A DNA stretch of 46,291 bases from Planctomycetia bacterium (GTDB taxonomy: Bacteria > Planctomycetota > Planctomycetia > Pirellulales > UBA1268), in the NCBI GenBank assembly GCA_037147115.1, contig JBAWVV010000001.1, forward strand, positions 1 through 46,291, read 5' to 3'. Both the position numbers and the translations under genes were made by a program. Numbering within the stretch: the stretch's first letter is position 1; every line of letters starts with the position of its first letter. The notes under the pieces were generated by a model. The model was not told where the DNA came from and made no database searches. It saw only the letters and a program-made list of their open reading frames with translations. Below, in pieces: positions 1 to 8,567 of this stretch.

Positions 1-88
1 CGTCGGGCAACCGGTACTGGCTGCGACGGCCCCCCCGACCCTGCCGACAGCCTCCCGCCCGGCTGTCCTGGGCGCGGGTCCGCCGCAG

Positions 89-1201
89 GTGTCCGGCCCA
101 CCGCGGCCGGGCGACGACGACGAGGAGTTCTTCGCGCTGCTGAAGCGGAAATGGTCGGAGTTGCTTGTCGACATGCGGGATCCTTATCAGCGGTTCACGC
201 TGATCACGATCGCGATCTTCACTTCCGCGCTGGTCTACAGCTATTTCCCGGGCCTCACCAACGCGTACATCGCTTGGGCCAATCCCCAGTATGCCCACGG
301 GTGGATTGTGCCGCTGTTCTCGGCGGCCCTCCTCTTCTGGTGGCGGCAACCGGTGGCCCCGGTGAGATTGTCTGCTCGGTATGTCGGGCTGCTCCTTCTG
401 GCGGCCTCCCTCGGACTGCGGTTGTTCTCGGCCAGTTACCGGATCGTAACGATCGACATGTACACGTTCGTCCCGGCGATCTGTGGCGTGTTCATCCTCG
501 TGGGAGGGTGGAGCGTGTTCCGGTGGGCGTGGGCCCCGCTGATGTTCCTGATCTTCATGTACCCGCTCCCCGACGAAGCGACCCGCTACCTCCTCGGGCC
601 GCTGCAGACGACTGCCACGATGGTCAGCACCTTTGCCCTTCAAACGCTGGGGCTCGAGGCCTATCGGGAGGGTAATCAGATCGTCCTCGGCGAGATGCAC
701 CTCGGTGTCGTCGATGCCTGTAGCGGCCTGCGAATGTTGACGATCTTCGTCGCGTTGTCGGTCGGACTGGTGATGGTTGGGCAGCGCTCGTGGTGGGAGA
801 ACGCTATCATCCTCGCCAGCGCCATCCCGATTGCTCTGGCGGTCAATTCTATCCGGATTACCGTCACGGGAGTCCTTTATCAGGTTGCCGACAGTGAGTT
901 CGCCGAGCGAGTGTTCCACGACTGGGCGGGCCTGGTGATGATGCCGATGGCCATGGCCATGCTGTATGCCGAGCAGTACATCCTGGCCAACGTCTTCTTG
1001 CCGGAGTTCGAGGGGCCGGCCGTCCTCAATAGTCGTTCGGCCACGCCGGTGGCGGAATCGTCCGGCCGGAAGGCGAAGGCTGCCACGCCGGGCGTCCTCG
1101 GCTTGGGTCCCCTCAGCGGAGCCAAGTCCGGTGGCCCCGCGGCCAGCAAGCCCAAGGGGGTCGGCGGGCCGGTGATCGGCTTCCCGCCGAGGAAGGGTTG
1201 A
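89..1201 (+). CDS. Exosortase (EpsH/Xrt family), multi-pass membrane transpeptidase with a ~70-aa Gly/Pro/Lys-rich C-terminal tail
   Basis: 370-aa ORF with a GTG start. The hydrophobic multi-TM body carries the three exosortase signatures in order: VVDACSGLRML (catalytic Cys), AVNSIRITVTG (Arg), FHDWAGLVMMP (His). Chain-length-determinant and EpsI genes lie downstream. Confidence 0.85.
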   Translation: MSGPPRPGDDDEEFFALLKRKWSELLVDMRDPYQRFTLITIAIFTSALVYSYFPGLTNAYIAWANPQYAHGWIVPLFSAALLFWWRQPVAPVRLSARYVGLLLLAASLGLRLFSASYRIVTIDMYTFVPAICGVFILVGGWSVFRWAWAPLMFLIFMYPLPDEATRYLLGPLQTTATMVSTFALQTLGLEAYREGNQIVLGEMHLGVVDACSGLRMLTIFVALSVGLVMVGQRSWWENAIILASAIPIALAVNSIRITVTGVLYQVADSEFAERVFHDWAGLVMMPMAMAMLYAEQYILANVFLPEFEGPAVLNSRSATPVAESSGRKAKAATPGVLGLGPLSGAKSGGPAASKPKGVGGPVIGFPPRKG

Positions 1202-1337
1202 AGCTCGGATGGTTTCGCAGTGGCGGAGTCCGTCTGTGGTTGGGTCGGACCTCCGGTTCGGGCCGGGCTGCAGTAGTGTCTGTGGTGGTTGGATGGTCAG
1301 GTCCCTTCCCTTTGTTTGATCCCAGGTAGCGCTGTCC

Positions 1338-3614
1338 ATGAGCGAAACTGCTGCCGTAGCCGTCGCGACCGAGCCGAAGGCACCGCTGCCGTCGGTCGGC
1401 GCCATTGCCGTGCGGGACACGGCCGTGGCGTTCCCCAGTCCGCAGGGAATGGCCTTCCCGGTCGCCGCCCCGGAGGCCGGGGTGGATGGCGGGCTCGACG
1501 CCAAGCGCCTCCTCCACGCCCTGCGGCGGCGCTGGCTCCCGGCGCTGGCGCTGGCGCTGGTAACGGGGGTCGCCTTCGCCGTCCCTGTGTGGCTCTTTCT
1601 CCCCCGAGGCTTCGAGGCCGTCGTCTGGTTGAGAATCCGCGCCAGTGGGACGCTTCTCAATGAGGGCCGCAGCGCCGAATACGACGCTTACCGGAAGACG
1701 CAACTCCAGTTGCTTCGCAGTCCCGTGGTGCTCAATGCGGCCCTGCGAAAGCCGGGCATCTCGTCGCTAAAAACGATCACCGAGCAGGACGACCCGCAAA
1801 ACTGGCTGGCGCGAACGATCGAACCGGTTTTGCAGGGTGACTCTGAGGTGATGCAACTGAAGTTCCGCGGGGCCGTCGCCGAGGATACGGCGAAGATCCT
1901 TAACGCAATCACTTCCTGCTACCTCGACGACATCGTCAACAAGGATCGTCAGGATCGACTCAGCCGCCGAGACCAACTGGAAAAGAAGTTCAAGGAGAAC
2001 CAGACGGAATTGCGCAGTCGCCGTGAGACTTTCAACGATCTCGCCCGCACGCTCGGCACTCGTGACAGTCAGGAAGTGGCAACGCAGCGAGGGCTGCTCA
2101 TGGACCAACTCGGCACGGCCAGGGGGCGGATGGTCCAGGCAGAGAACGAGCTCGAACGACTCGAAGCGGAGATCGCCATCATCGAGTTCCGCAAGGATGA
2201 GGTTGCAGACGCACGGGCCGACAAGCACGGCGACGAGGCTGAAGATGGCGACGATGGCGCGGATCAACTCGCCTCCGAGGAGCTGATCGAGGCCGCCTTG
2301 TCGCGGGAGCCGGAGATTCGCGCTCTCGAATCGCAGATCGCCGCCTTGACCGACTCCATCCTCGGCCAGGCGGAACGGAGCGCCCGGGGGATGAACGAGC
2401 CAGCCGTGAGGCGCATGGTCGGGCGCCGGCAGCAACTCCTCCGCCAGATCGAGGCGGCGAAATCGAAGCTCCGGCCGCAGATCCTCGGAGTCATGGGATC
2501 CGGTGGAAGTTTGACATCTGCAGGGAGCGTTTCTAGCCCCCGCGAGCTCGAACTCCGCCGGCAGACGCTCGTCAGGGCGATCGAGAAAGGCCGGCTCAGC
2601 TACGACGACATCTCGAAGCAGGTCATCGATCTGGGGAATGCGAATGCCGATCTCGAGAACCGCAAATCGGAAATCGATCAGCTCGCCCGGGTCACTGATC
2701 AGATCGGTTTGCAACTCGAGGCAACGTCGCTCGATCTCACTGCCCCCCCGCGAGTGACACTCCTCGAAGAGGCGGTCGTCCCGGGTGGAAGCGACACCGT
2801 GAAGCGGCTCATGCTGGCGCTGATGGCGGCCTGTGCCGGTGGCTCCTGTGGCGGGGCGCTGATTGTGGCGCTGGAGTACATGAGGAACCGGCTTGGGGAT
2901 GTCGAGGAGATCCCGTCGCGGATCGGGGTGCGGGCAATCGGCACGATTCCCTGGATCGGAAAAACGAGGCGGGGCGGTGCCAACGAGTACCGCCTGGCGG
3001 AGAGTGTGGACAGTATCCGGACTATGCTTCTTCAGGGGAATCGGGAGACTGCCAGGGTCATCATGGTGACCAGCGCCGGCGAACGGGAGGCGAAGTCCTC
3101 ACTGGCCGCGAATCTCGCTGCCAGCATCGCCCGTTCGGGTCACCGCACGCTCCTCATCGAAGGGAGCCTCAGGAATCCATCGGTGCACGCGGCCCTCCAG
3201 ATCGACGCCGCGACCCCGGGCATGGCGGAACTGCTTCGCGGTGAAACAACGAACAATGAAGTCGTCCAGCCGACGGCGATCGACGGATTGTTTGCCGTGA
3301 CGGCGGGAGCGGTTGACTACGACGCCATCACGGCCCTGTCGCGGCAGGAATTTCCCCGCATCATTCAGGTTTTCCGTGATTCGTTCGATCACGTCATCAT
3401 CGATGCCGGGCCGGTGCTCGCCTACGCCGACACGCTCATCATGGGGCGGCAGAGCGATATCGCCATCCTCTCCACAATGCGTGATGTCAGCAGTGTCCCG
3501 GCGACGGTTGCGGCGTTGGATCGGCTCCGATCGGCCGGTGTCCGTGTTGCTGGATGTGTCTTGAGCGGTGTGAGTGATTCTGGGACGGGAAGCGCCAAGC
3601 GGTTTCCGGCGTGA
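1338..3614 (+). CDS. Polysaccharide chain-length determinant (Wzz/GumC-type) fused to a BY-kinase-like P-loop domain (Wzc/EpsG-like); kinase motifs degenerate
   Basis: 758-aa ORF. It has an N-terminal TM, a long coiled-coil periplasmic region, a second TM (LMLALMAACAGGSCGGALIVAL), then a MinD/BY-kinase-like domain. That domain contains VIMVTSAGEREAKSSLAANLA (Walker A-like), TLLIEGSLRNPSVH (Walker A'-like) and HVIIDAGPVLAYADT (Walker B). Confidence 0.8.
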   Translation: MSETAAVAVATEPKAPLPSVGAIAVRDTAVAFPSPQGMAFPVAAPEAGVDGGLDAKRLLHALRRRWLPALALALVTGVAFAVPVWLFLPRGFEAVVWLRIRASGTLLNEGRSAEYDAYRKTQLQLLRSPVVLNAALRKPGISSLKTITEQDDPQNWLARTIEPVLQGDSEVMQLKFRGAVAEDTAKILNAITSCYLDDIVNKDRQDRLSRRDQLEKKFKENQTELRSRRETFNDLARTLGTRDSQEVATQRGLLMDQLGTARGRMVQAENELERLEAEIAIIEFRKDEVADARADKHGDEAEDGDDGADQLASEELIEAALSREPEIRALESQIAALTDSILGQAERSARGMNEPAVRRMVGRRQQLLRQIEAAKSKLRPQILGVMGSGGSLTSAGSVSSPRELELRRQTLVRAIEKGRLSYDDISKQVIDLGNANADLENRKSEIDQLARVTDQIGLQLEATSLDLTAPPRVTLLEEAVVPGGSDTVKRLMLALMAACAGGSCGGALIVALEYMRNRLGDVEEIPSRIGVRAIGTIPWIGKTRRGGANEYRLAESVDSIRTMLLQGNRETARVIMVTSAGEREAKSSLAANLAASIARSGHRTLLIEGSLRNPSVHAALQIDAATPGMAELLRGETTNNEVVQPTAIDGLFAVTAGAVDYDAITALSRQEFPRIIQVFRDSFDHVIIDAGPVLAYADTLIMGRQSDIAILSTMRDVSSVPATVAALDRLRSAGVRVAGCVLSGVSDSGTGSAKRFPA

Positions 3615-3654
3615 CGGCCTGTCGATCGATTGACCCATCAGGATTCCAGAGCAG

Positions 3655-4383
3655 ATGAAATCAAACTTTCTGTCAACATGGCTGCCAATGTGTTTCGGAT
3701 TGGTCGCCGTGATCGGCGTTACGGTTGCCCAGGGTTACATAACGGGGCGCTGGACCGGGAAGAACGTGAGTGAGGAGCTCCGCAAGGATGCCGCCCGGCT
3801 GGAGTCGTCTTTCCCGAAGGAGTTCGGCTCCTGGAAGATGGTCGGTGAGACGGAGGCCGATCCCGCGCAGCTCAAGGTGGCTGGTGCGGTGGGCCACATT
3901 TCGCGCGAGTACCAAAATGTCGAAAGTGGCGCCAGGGTGGGTGTCTTCGTGGTCTGTGCCACACCGAGCGACGCCTCTGGTCACACCCCCGATCGCTGCT
4001 ATCCGAGCGCCGGCTTCGAGATCGCCGAGCAGGAGCACCGCGAGAACATCACGCTGCAGGATGGCGGGACGGCCGAGGCCTTCTCTGGCTCGTTCAAGAA
4101 GCCAGGGGAGAGCCTGCGAATCTTCTGGACGTATGCCGTGACCGGGAAGTGGGTTGCGCCGCAGATTGCCCGAATCGAACTGGCCAACAGCCCCGCCGTC
4201 TACAAGATCTACGCCATTATCGACGAGACGGCGATGCCACGGGGTGAAGGAGCCCGCACCGGGTTGCAGTTCCTTGCCGATCTGATCCCGGAGTTTGACC
4301 GGGCGATCTTTGTCGACGAGGCCACCGCACAGGTCAGGGCCGATGGTGGCACACCCACGTCAATCGGCTCGACCGGGGCATGA
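3655..4383 (+). CDS. EpsI-family exosortase-associated protein
   Basis: 242-aa ORF with an N-terminal TM/signal anchor. It contains the EpsI-type core GHTPDRCYPSAGFEI (HsP-x-C-x-P-x-x-G-[FW] style). It lies in an exosortase locus. Confidence 0.7.
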   Translation: MKSNFLSTWLPMCFGLVAVIGVTVAQGYITGRWTGKNVSEELRKDAARLESSFPKEFGSWKMVGETEADPAQLKVAGAVGHISREYQNVESGARVGVFVVCATPSDASGHTPDRCYPSAGFEIAEQEHRENITLQDGGTAEAFSGSFKKPGESLRIFWTYAVTGKWVAPQIARIELANSPAVYKIYAIIDETAMPRGEGARTGLQFLADLIPEFDRAIFVDEATAQVRADGGTPTSIGSTGA

Positions 4384-4464
4384 ATCGCTGAGGCTTCCCC
4401 ATCGTCGGTTGCGATATCTCCGGGGTGCTGCCGGGTGCTGATCACGAGGGTTTGAACGCCGGTC

Positions 4465-5403
4465 ATGGAACTCGCGAGGAAACGGATCGTTGTTACCGGG
4501 GGCGCCGGGTTCCTGGGGACGGCCGTTTGCCGGGCTCTCAAGGCTCGCGGTGTGTCGCCTGACCAGCTGATCGTGCCGCGACGCGAGAACTGCGACCTCA
4601 CCGACGAATCGGCCGTCGAACGCCTCTACGATGACGCCCGTCCGGATGTGGTCATCCATTTGGCTGCGGAGGTCGGTGGCATCGGTGCGAACCGGGCGGC
4701 ACCGGGGCGTTTTTTCTACGCCAACATGGCGATGGGTCTCCATCTCATCGAGCATGCCCGCCGGGTCGGGCTCGAGAAGTTCGTCCATACAGGCACCGTC
4801 TGCGCGTATCCGCGGGATTGTGCCGTTCCGTTCCGGGAGGATGACCTCTGGAACGGTTATCCAGAAGTCACGAACGCACCGTACGGCATCGCCAAGAAGG
4901 CGTTGTTCGTGATGCTCGATGCCTACCGGCGGCAGTACGGGCTCCGATCAGCGGTGGTGGTGCCGGTGAATCTCTACGGTCCCGGGGACGACTTCGATCC
5001 CGCCACGAGCCATGTCATTCCCGCCCTGATCCGGAGGTGCGACGAGGCGCGCCGCGCCGGGCAGCCAGAGATCGTCTGCTGGGGTTCGGGAACCGCCACG
5101 CGGGAGTTCCTCCATGTCGAGGATGCCGCCGAGGCGGTGGTCCGGGCGGCGGAGCTGATCGATGATCCGATCCCGATCAATCTCGGCGGTGGGGCGGAGA
5201 TCGCGATCCGTGATCTCGTGGCCAAGGTGGCCGAAGGATGTCGGTACGGTGGGCGGATCACCTGGGATCGATCGCAGCCGGATGGCCAGCCACGGCGCAG
5301 CCTCGACATCTCGCGCGCCCGATCGATGCTCGGATGGCAACCCGTCCACGACTTCGATGACGGGCTCGCGGAGACGATCCGGTGGTGGGCTGAGCGGACA
5401 TGA
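4465..5403 (+). CDS. fcl: GDP-L-fucose synthase (GDP-4-keto-6-deoxy-D-mannose epimerase/reductase)
   Basis: 312 aa. Rossmann motif VVTGGAGFLG, catalytic YGIAKK (YxxxK), NLYGPGDDFDPATSHVIPALIRR and WGSGTATREFLHVEDAA are typical of Fcl/WcaG. Confidence 0.85.
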   Translation: MELARKRIVVTGGAGFLGTAVCRALKARGVSPDQLIVPRRENCDLTDESAVERLYDDARPDVVIHLAAEVGGIGANRAAPGRFFYANMAMGLHLIEHARRVGLEKFVHTGTVCAYPRDCAVPFREDDLWNGYPEVTNAPYGIAKKALFVMLDAYRRQYGLRSAVVVPVNLYGPGDDFDPATSHVIPALIRRCDEARRAGQPEIVCWGSGTATREFLHVEDAAEAVVRAAELIDDPIPINLGGGAEIAIRDLVAKVAEGCRYGGRITWDRSQPDGQPRRSLDISRARSMLGWQPVHDFDDGLAETIRWWAERT

Positions 5404-5420
5404 GTTGCGCTGGGTGCCGA

Positions 5421-7823
5421 TCAATCCACGATCGGCTCGAGGGCACCGTGGGAGAAGATGAAGCGTCGCGTACCGGCGGGGCCATCAAAGATCACCGTCA
5501 CGACGGACCGTACGCCCGCGCCACTCACTCCGGCGGTCGTTCCCTCGCCATACTCAGCGTGCCTGACCCTCTGGCCGGTAGCCAAGGGGGCCTGGGCTTG
5601 CCGACCGCTGGTCCGTCTCGCGAGTTCGGCGGCAGTCTCTAATTTGGGGGGCATGGGGCGGTCCGTCCTCAAACCGGCCCTGGAGCTGGATCGCCCCGGT
5701 GGCGGAGGCAGATCATCTTCGGTCTCGAGCACGAGTCCGTCGTCCCTGATGGGCCTCGGCGGGGAGCCCTGGCGGGGCGCCGTCCATCCCTGTTCCTCCT
5801 CCCAGGCATCGGGAGGAAGCTGGGATTCGTCATCCTCGCGGGGTCGGCGCCCCCCCAAGCCCCCGGCCGGCGGGGCTTCGGTGCCCGTCACCTCCGCACC
5901 GGGGCCTGACATCTCTGCGAGGAACAGGCTGGGGCAGCCGATTCGCCGGGCCCCGCGGTAGTCGCGCATCCGGGCACAGCTGGCATGAACCTGCTCCATG
6001 CCACGGGTGATCCCCACGAACACGAGGCGCCGTTCCTCTTCGAGCTGGTCGGGCTGATCGAGGCTGCGTTGGTGGGGAAGAATCCCATCCTCCATGGCCA
6101 CGAGGTAGACCACCGGGAATTCGAGTCCCTTGGCGGCATGAAACGTCATCAGCGAGACCCGATCGGCGGAGGGGTCCCAGGCATCGGTGTCGGCCACCAG
6201 GGCGGTGGTGTCGAGGAACGCGCCGAGCGGGGATTCGTCGATCCCGCGGGACTGTTCATCCGAGGCATATCCGGAATCGAATTGTCGGGCAGCTGTGATC
6301 AGTTCCTCTACGTTCGCGAGCCGGTCGTCTCCCTCCTCGTCCTCGTCGTCGGCGAGCATGGCGCGATAGCCGGTCTGCTCGAGCACCGCTTCGAGGATCC
6401 CGGCCACCGAGGGATCGCCGGCCGCCACGCCCGCGAGCGTGGCATGGAGCGCGGCAAACCGACCGATCGACGTGGCAGCCCGGGCCGGGAGACCGGTCAC
6501 GGACTTCGCCCGTCGGCAGGCGGCGAGGAGTGGCACGGCATGATCGGTCGCCCAAGCCGAGAGGAGATCGAGCGACAGCCGCCCGATGCCCCGTGCGGGC
6601 ACGTTGACGACTCGGAGGAGCGCTTCGTCATCACGCGGATTCCGCAGCAATCGCAGCCAGGCGATGATGTCACGGATCTCGCGTCGCTTGAAGAACTCGA
6701 CCCCGCGGAGCAGTTGGTAGGGGACGCCGCGGGAACGGAGTGCGACCTCCAGGGAGCGGGAGAGGGCGTTGGTGCGGAAGAGGATCGCGAAATCCCGTGG
6801 TGAACGCCCAGACCGCGCGACCGCCGCGGCAATCTCGTCGGCAATCCGGTCGGCCTCCTCTCGCCCTTCTGCGTCGAGGACGATGCGCACGGGTACACCG
6901 TCGGGGGCATCGGTGAGGAGCTGTTTCGGCTTACGGCGCGTGTTGTGGCCGATGAGACGGTCGGCCGTGCCGAGGATGTTCGCCGTGCTTCGGTAATTGT
7001 GCTCGAGCTTCACGACGCTCGCGGTCGGGTAGTCGCGTTCGAACTCGAGGATGTTGCGGATGCTCGCGCCGCGCCACCCGTAGATCGCCTGATCGGGATC
7101 GCCGGTCACCGAGAGATTCGGGTGATCGATCGACAGGCCCCGGAGGATCGCATACTGGGCAGCATTCGTGTCCTGGTACTCGTCGACGAGGATCCAGCGG
7201 TGACGGGCGTCGAGTTGGCTGCGGAGTTCGGGGTTGTCGATGATCAACCGCGCCACATGAACGAGCAGGTCATCGAAGTCGACGGCATTGCATTCGAGCA
7301 TCATCTGTTGATAGACCGGCCAGAGTTTCACGGCGACCTCGTCGGCCGGCCGGCCCCAGCGTGCTTCGAAGGTTTCCGGAGTGAGGAGGTCGTTCTTGGC
7401 GCGGCTGATGATCCCTGCGAGACGGTCGACTGGAGTGTGGGTGAGGTTCAGGCCGAGTCGCTTCGCCGCCCGCTTCATCACCGCCCCGGAGTCATCGGTG
7501 TCGAGAATCGAGTAGTCGCTGGTCAACCCGACCATCCTGGCGTGGGTCCGGAGCAACCGGGCCGCGAAACGGTGGAACGTCCCCATCTCGACCGGCTGCG
7601 GGCCGACGAGCGACGTCACCCGGCGGCGCATCTCGTCGGCGGCCTTGTTGGTGAACGACAGGGCCACGATGGTGTGGGCCGGTATCCCCTGCAAGATGAG
7701 GTGGGCGATCCGGTGGGTGACGACACGCGTCTTGCCGCTGCCCGGCCCCGCAAGCACCAAGAGTGGGCCGTCCATGTGAGTGGCTGCCCGACGCTGGGAT
7801 GCATTGAGGCTGTCGAGTTGCAT
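5421..7823 (-). CDS. uvrD: ATP-dependent DNA helicase UvrD/PcrA family with a long low-complexity linker and C-terminal Tudor-like domain
   Basis: 800 aa. SF1 helicase motifs present: LAGPGSGKTRV, ILVDEYQDTN, TFHAAKGLEFPVVYL, VGITRGMEQV. The C-terminal GQRVRHAEYGEGT...VTVIFD resembles the UvrD/PcrA C-terminal domain. Confidence 0.9.
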   Translation of the reverse strand: MQLDSLNASQRRAATHMDGPLLVLAGPGSGKTRVVTHRIAHLILQGIPAHTIVALSFTNKAADEMRRRVTSLVGPQPVEMGTFHRFAARLLRTHARMVGLTSDYSILDTDDSGAVMKRAAKRLGLNLTHTPVDRLAGIISRAKNDLLTPETFEARWGRPADEVAVKLWPVYQQMMLECNAVDFDDLLVHVARLIIDNPELRSQLDARHRWILVDEYQDTNAAQYAILRGLSIDHPNLSVTGDPDQAIYGWRGASIRNILEFERDYPTASVVKLEHNYRSTANILGTADRLIGHNTRRKPKQLLTDAPDGVPVRIVLDAEGREEADRIADEIAAAVARSGRSPRDFAILFRTNALSRSLEVALRSRGVPYQLLRGVEFFKRREIRDIIAWLRLLRNPRDDEALLRVVNVPARGIGRLSLDLLSAWATDHAVPLLAACRRAKSVTGLPARAATSIGRFAALHATLAGVAAGDPSVAGILEAVLEQTGYRAMLADDEDEEGDDRLANVEELITAARQFDSGYASDEQSRGIDESPLGAFLDTTALVADTDAWDPSADRVSLMTFHAAKGLEFPVVYLVAMEDGILPHQRSLDQPDQLEEERRLVFVGITRGMEQVHASCARMRDYRGARRIGCPSLFLAEMSGPGAEVTGTEAPPAGGLGGRRPREDDESQLPPDAWEEEQGWTAPRQGSPPRPIRDDGLVLETEDDLPPPPGRSSSRAGLRTDRPMPPKLETAAELARRTSGRQAQAPLATGQRVRHAEYGEGTTAGVSGAGVRSVVTVIFDGPAGTRRFIFSHGALEPIVD

Positions 7824-8176
7824 GCGGTCGTCCTGCCTGCCACCGGGTGGATGAATCCCGGAAGTCTGCGGGGTCTGGGAAGATCTGCGTCGATGCCCGC
7901 CGGGTGGTAGTCGGAATCGCGCGATCCCGAGTATATTTCCTCCCCGTTGGAAGACGGTGCCATCAAATCATGGAACGGTTCATCGACGGGGCGGGGTGAC
8001 ACTCGGGCCGACTCGATCAGAGCACGACGTGATCGTGGACAGACTTGACGCTTGGATTTCATATCGGAACAGGGATGTCCGATGGAGTCCCGTCACGCAA
8101 GCTTCCGATTCCCGGCTATCCCCGGGACATCGAGCCCCTGGGCCGGGAAACCGGTCCGCCGCACGGGAGGGAACCC

Positions 8177-8491
8177 ATGCCACGCGTTCCGTACAGGAAT
8201 ATGACGCAGTCGGACGAAATGGCGGAGAAGCTCGACATGAGCACCGCCGAGATCGGACTCTCGGTTCGGACGACGAATTGCCTCGAGGAGAAGGGCATCT
8301 TCACGGTGCACGACCTCCTCAAGTGCACGCGTGCCGACCTCCTCGGAATCTCCAATTTCGGCGAGAAGACGCTCGAAGAGGTCTATCGAGCCCTCGAGAA
8401 AATCGGATTTTACCGCTCGGCCCAGCCGTCGTCCGCGCAGTCCACAGCGCTGGGGACGAACGGTCCGGCAGGTGCCGAAGGGCACTCCTGA
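8177..8491 (+). CDS. Stand-alone RNA polymerase alpha-subunit C-terminal-domain (alpha-CTD, helix-hairpin-helix) protein
   Basis: The ATG at 8177 is preceded by GGGAGG (8165-8170). The core LSVRTTNCLEEKGIFTVHDLLKCTRADLLGISNFGEKTLEEVYRALEKIGF matches the RpoA CTD fold signature. There is no N-terminal dimerisation domain. Codon third positions upstream of 8177 (ORF-track start 8045) look non-coding. Confidence 0.7.
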   Translation: MPRVPYRNMTQSDEMAEKLDMSTAEIGLSVRTTNCLEEKGIFTVHDLLKCTRADLLGISNFGEKTLEEVYRALEKIGFYRSAQPSSAQSTALGTNGPAGAEGHS

Positions 8492-8567
8492 AGTCCGGTC
8501 GAACGATCCGGAGCATCGGGCAGGGCGGGGTGAACCGCGGGCCGGGGCACGTTCGGGATGGCCGGTC

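Noticed and set aside
1538-1560. GCGCTG microsatellite-like run (gcgctggcgctggcgctgg)
   Set aside because: It lies in-frame inside the TM helix of the chain-length determinant (ALALALV) and is explained by the coding sequence.
8045-8176. Upstream extension of the alpha-CTD ORF (ORF-track start 8045) and the overlapping ORFs 7957-8571 and 8093-8590
   Set aside because: Third-position composition upstream of 8177 looks non-coding, and a strong SD precedes the ATG at 8177. The other frames lack any motif.
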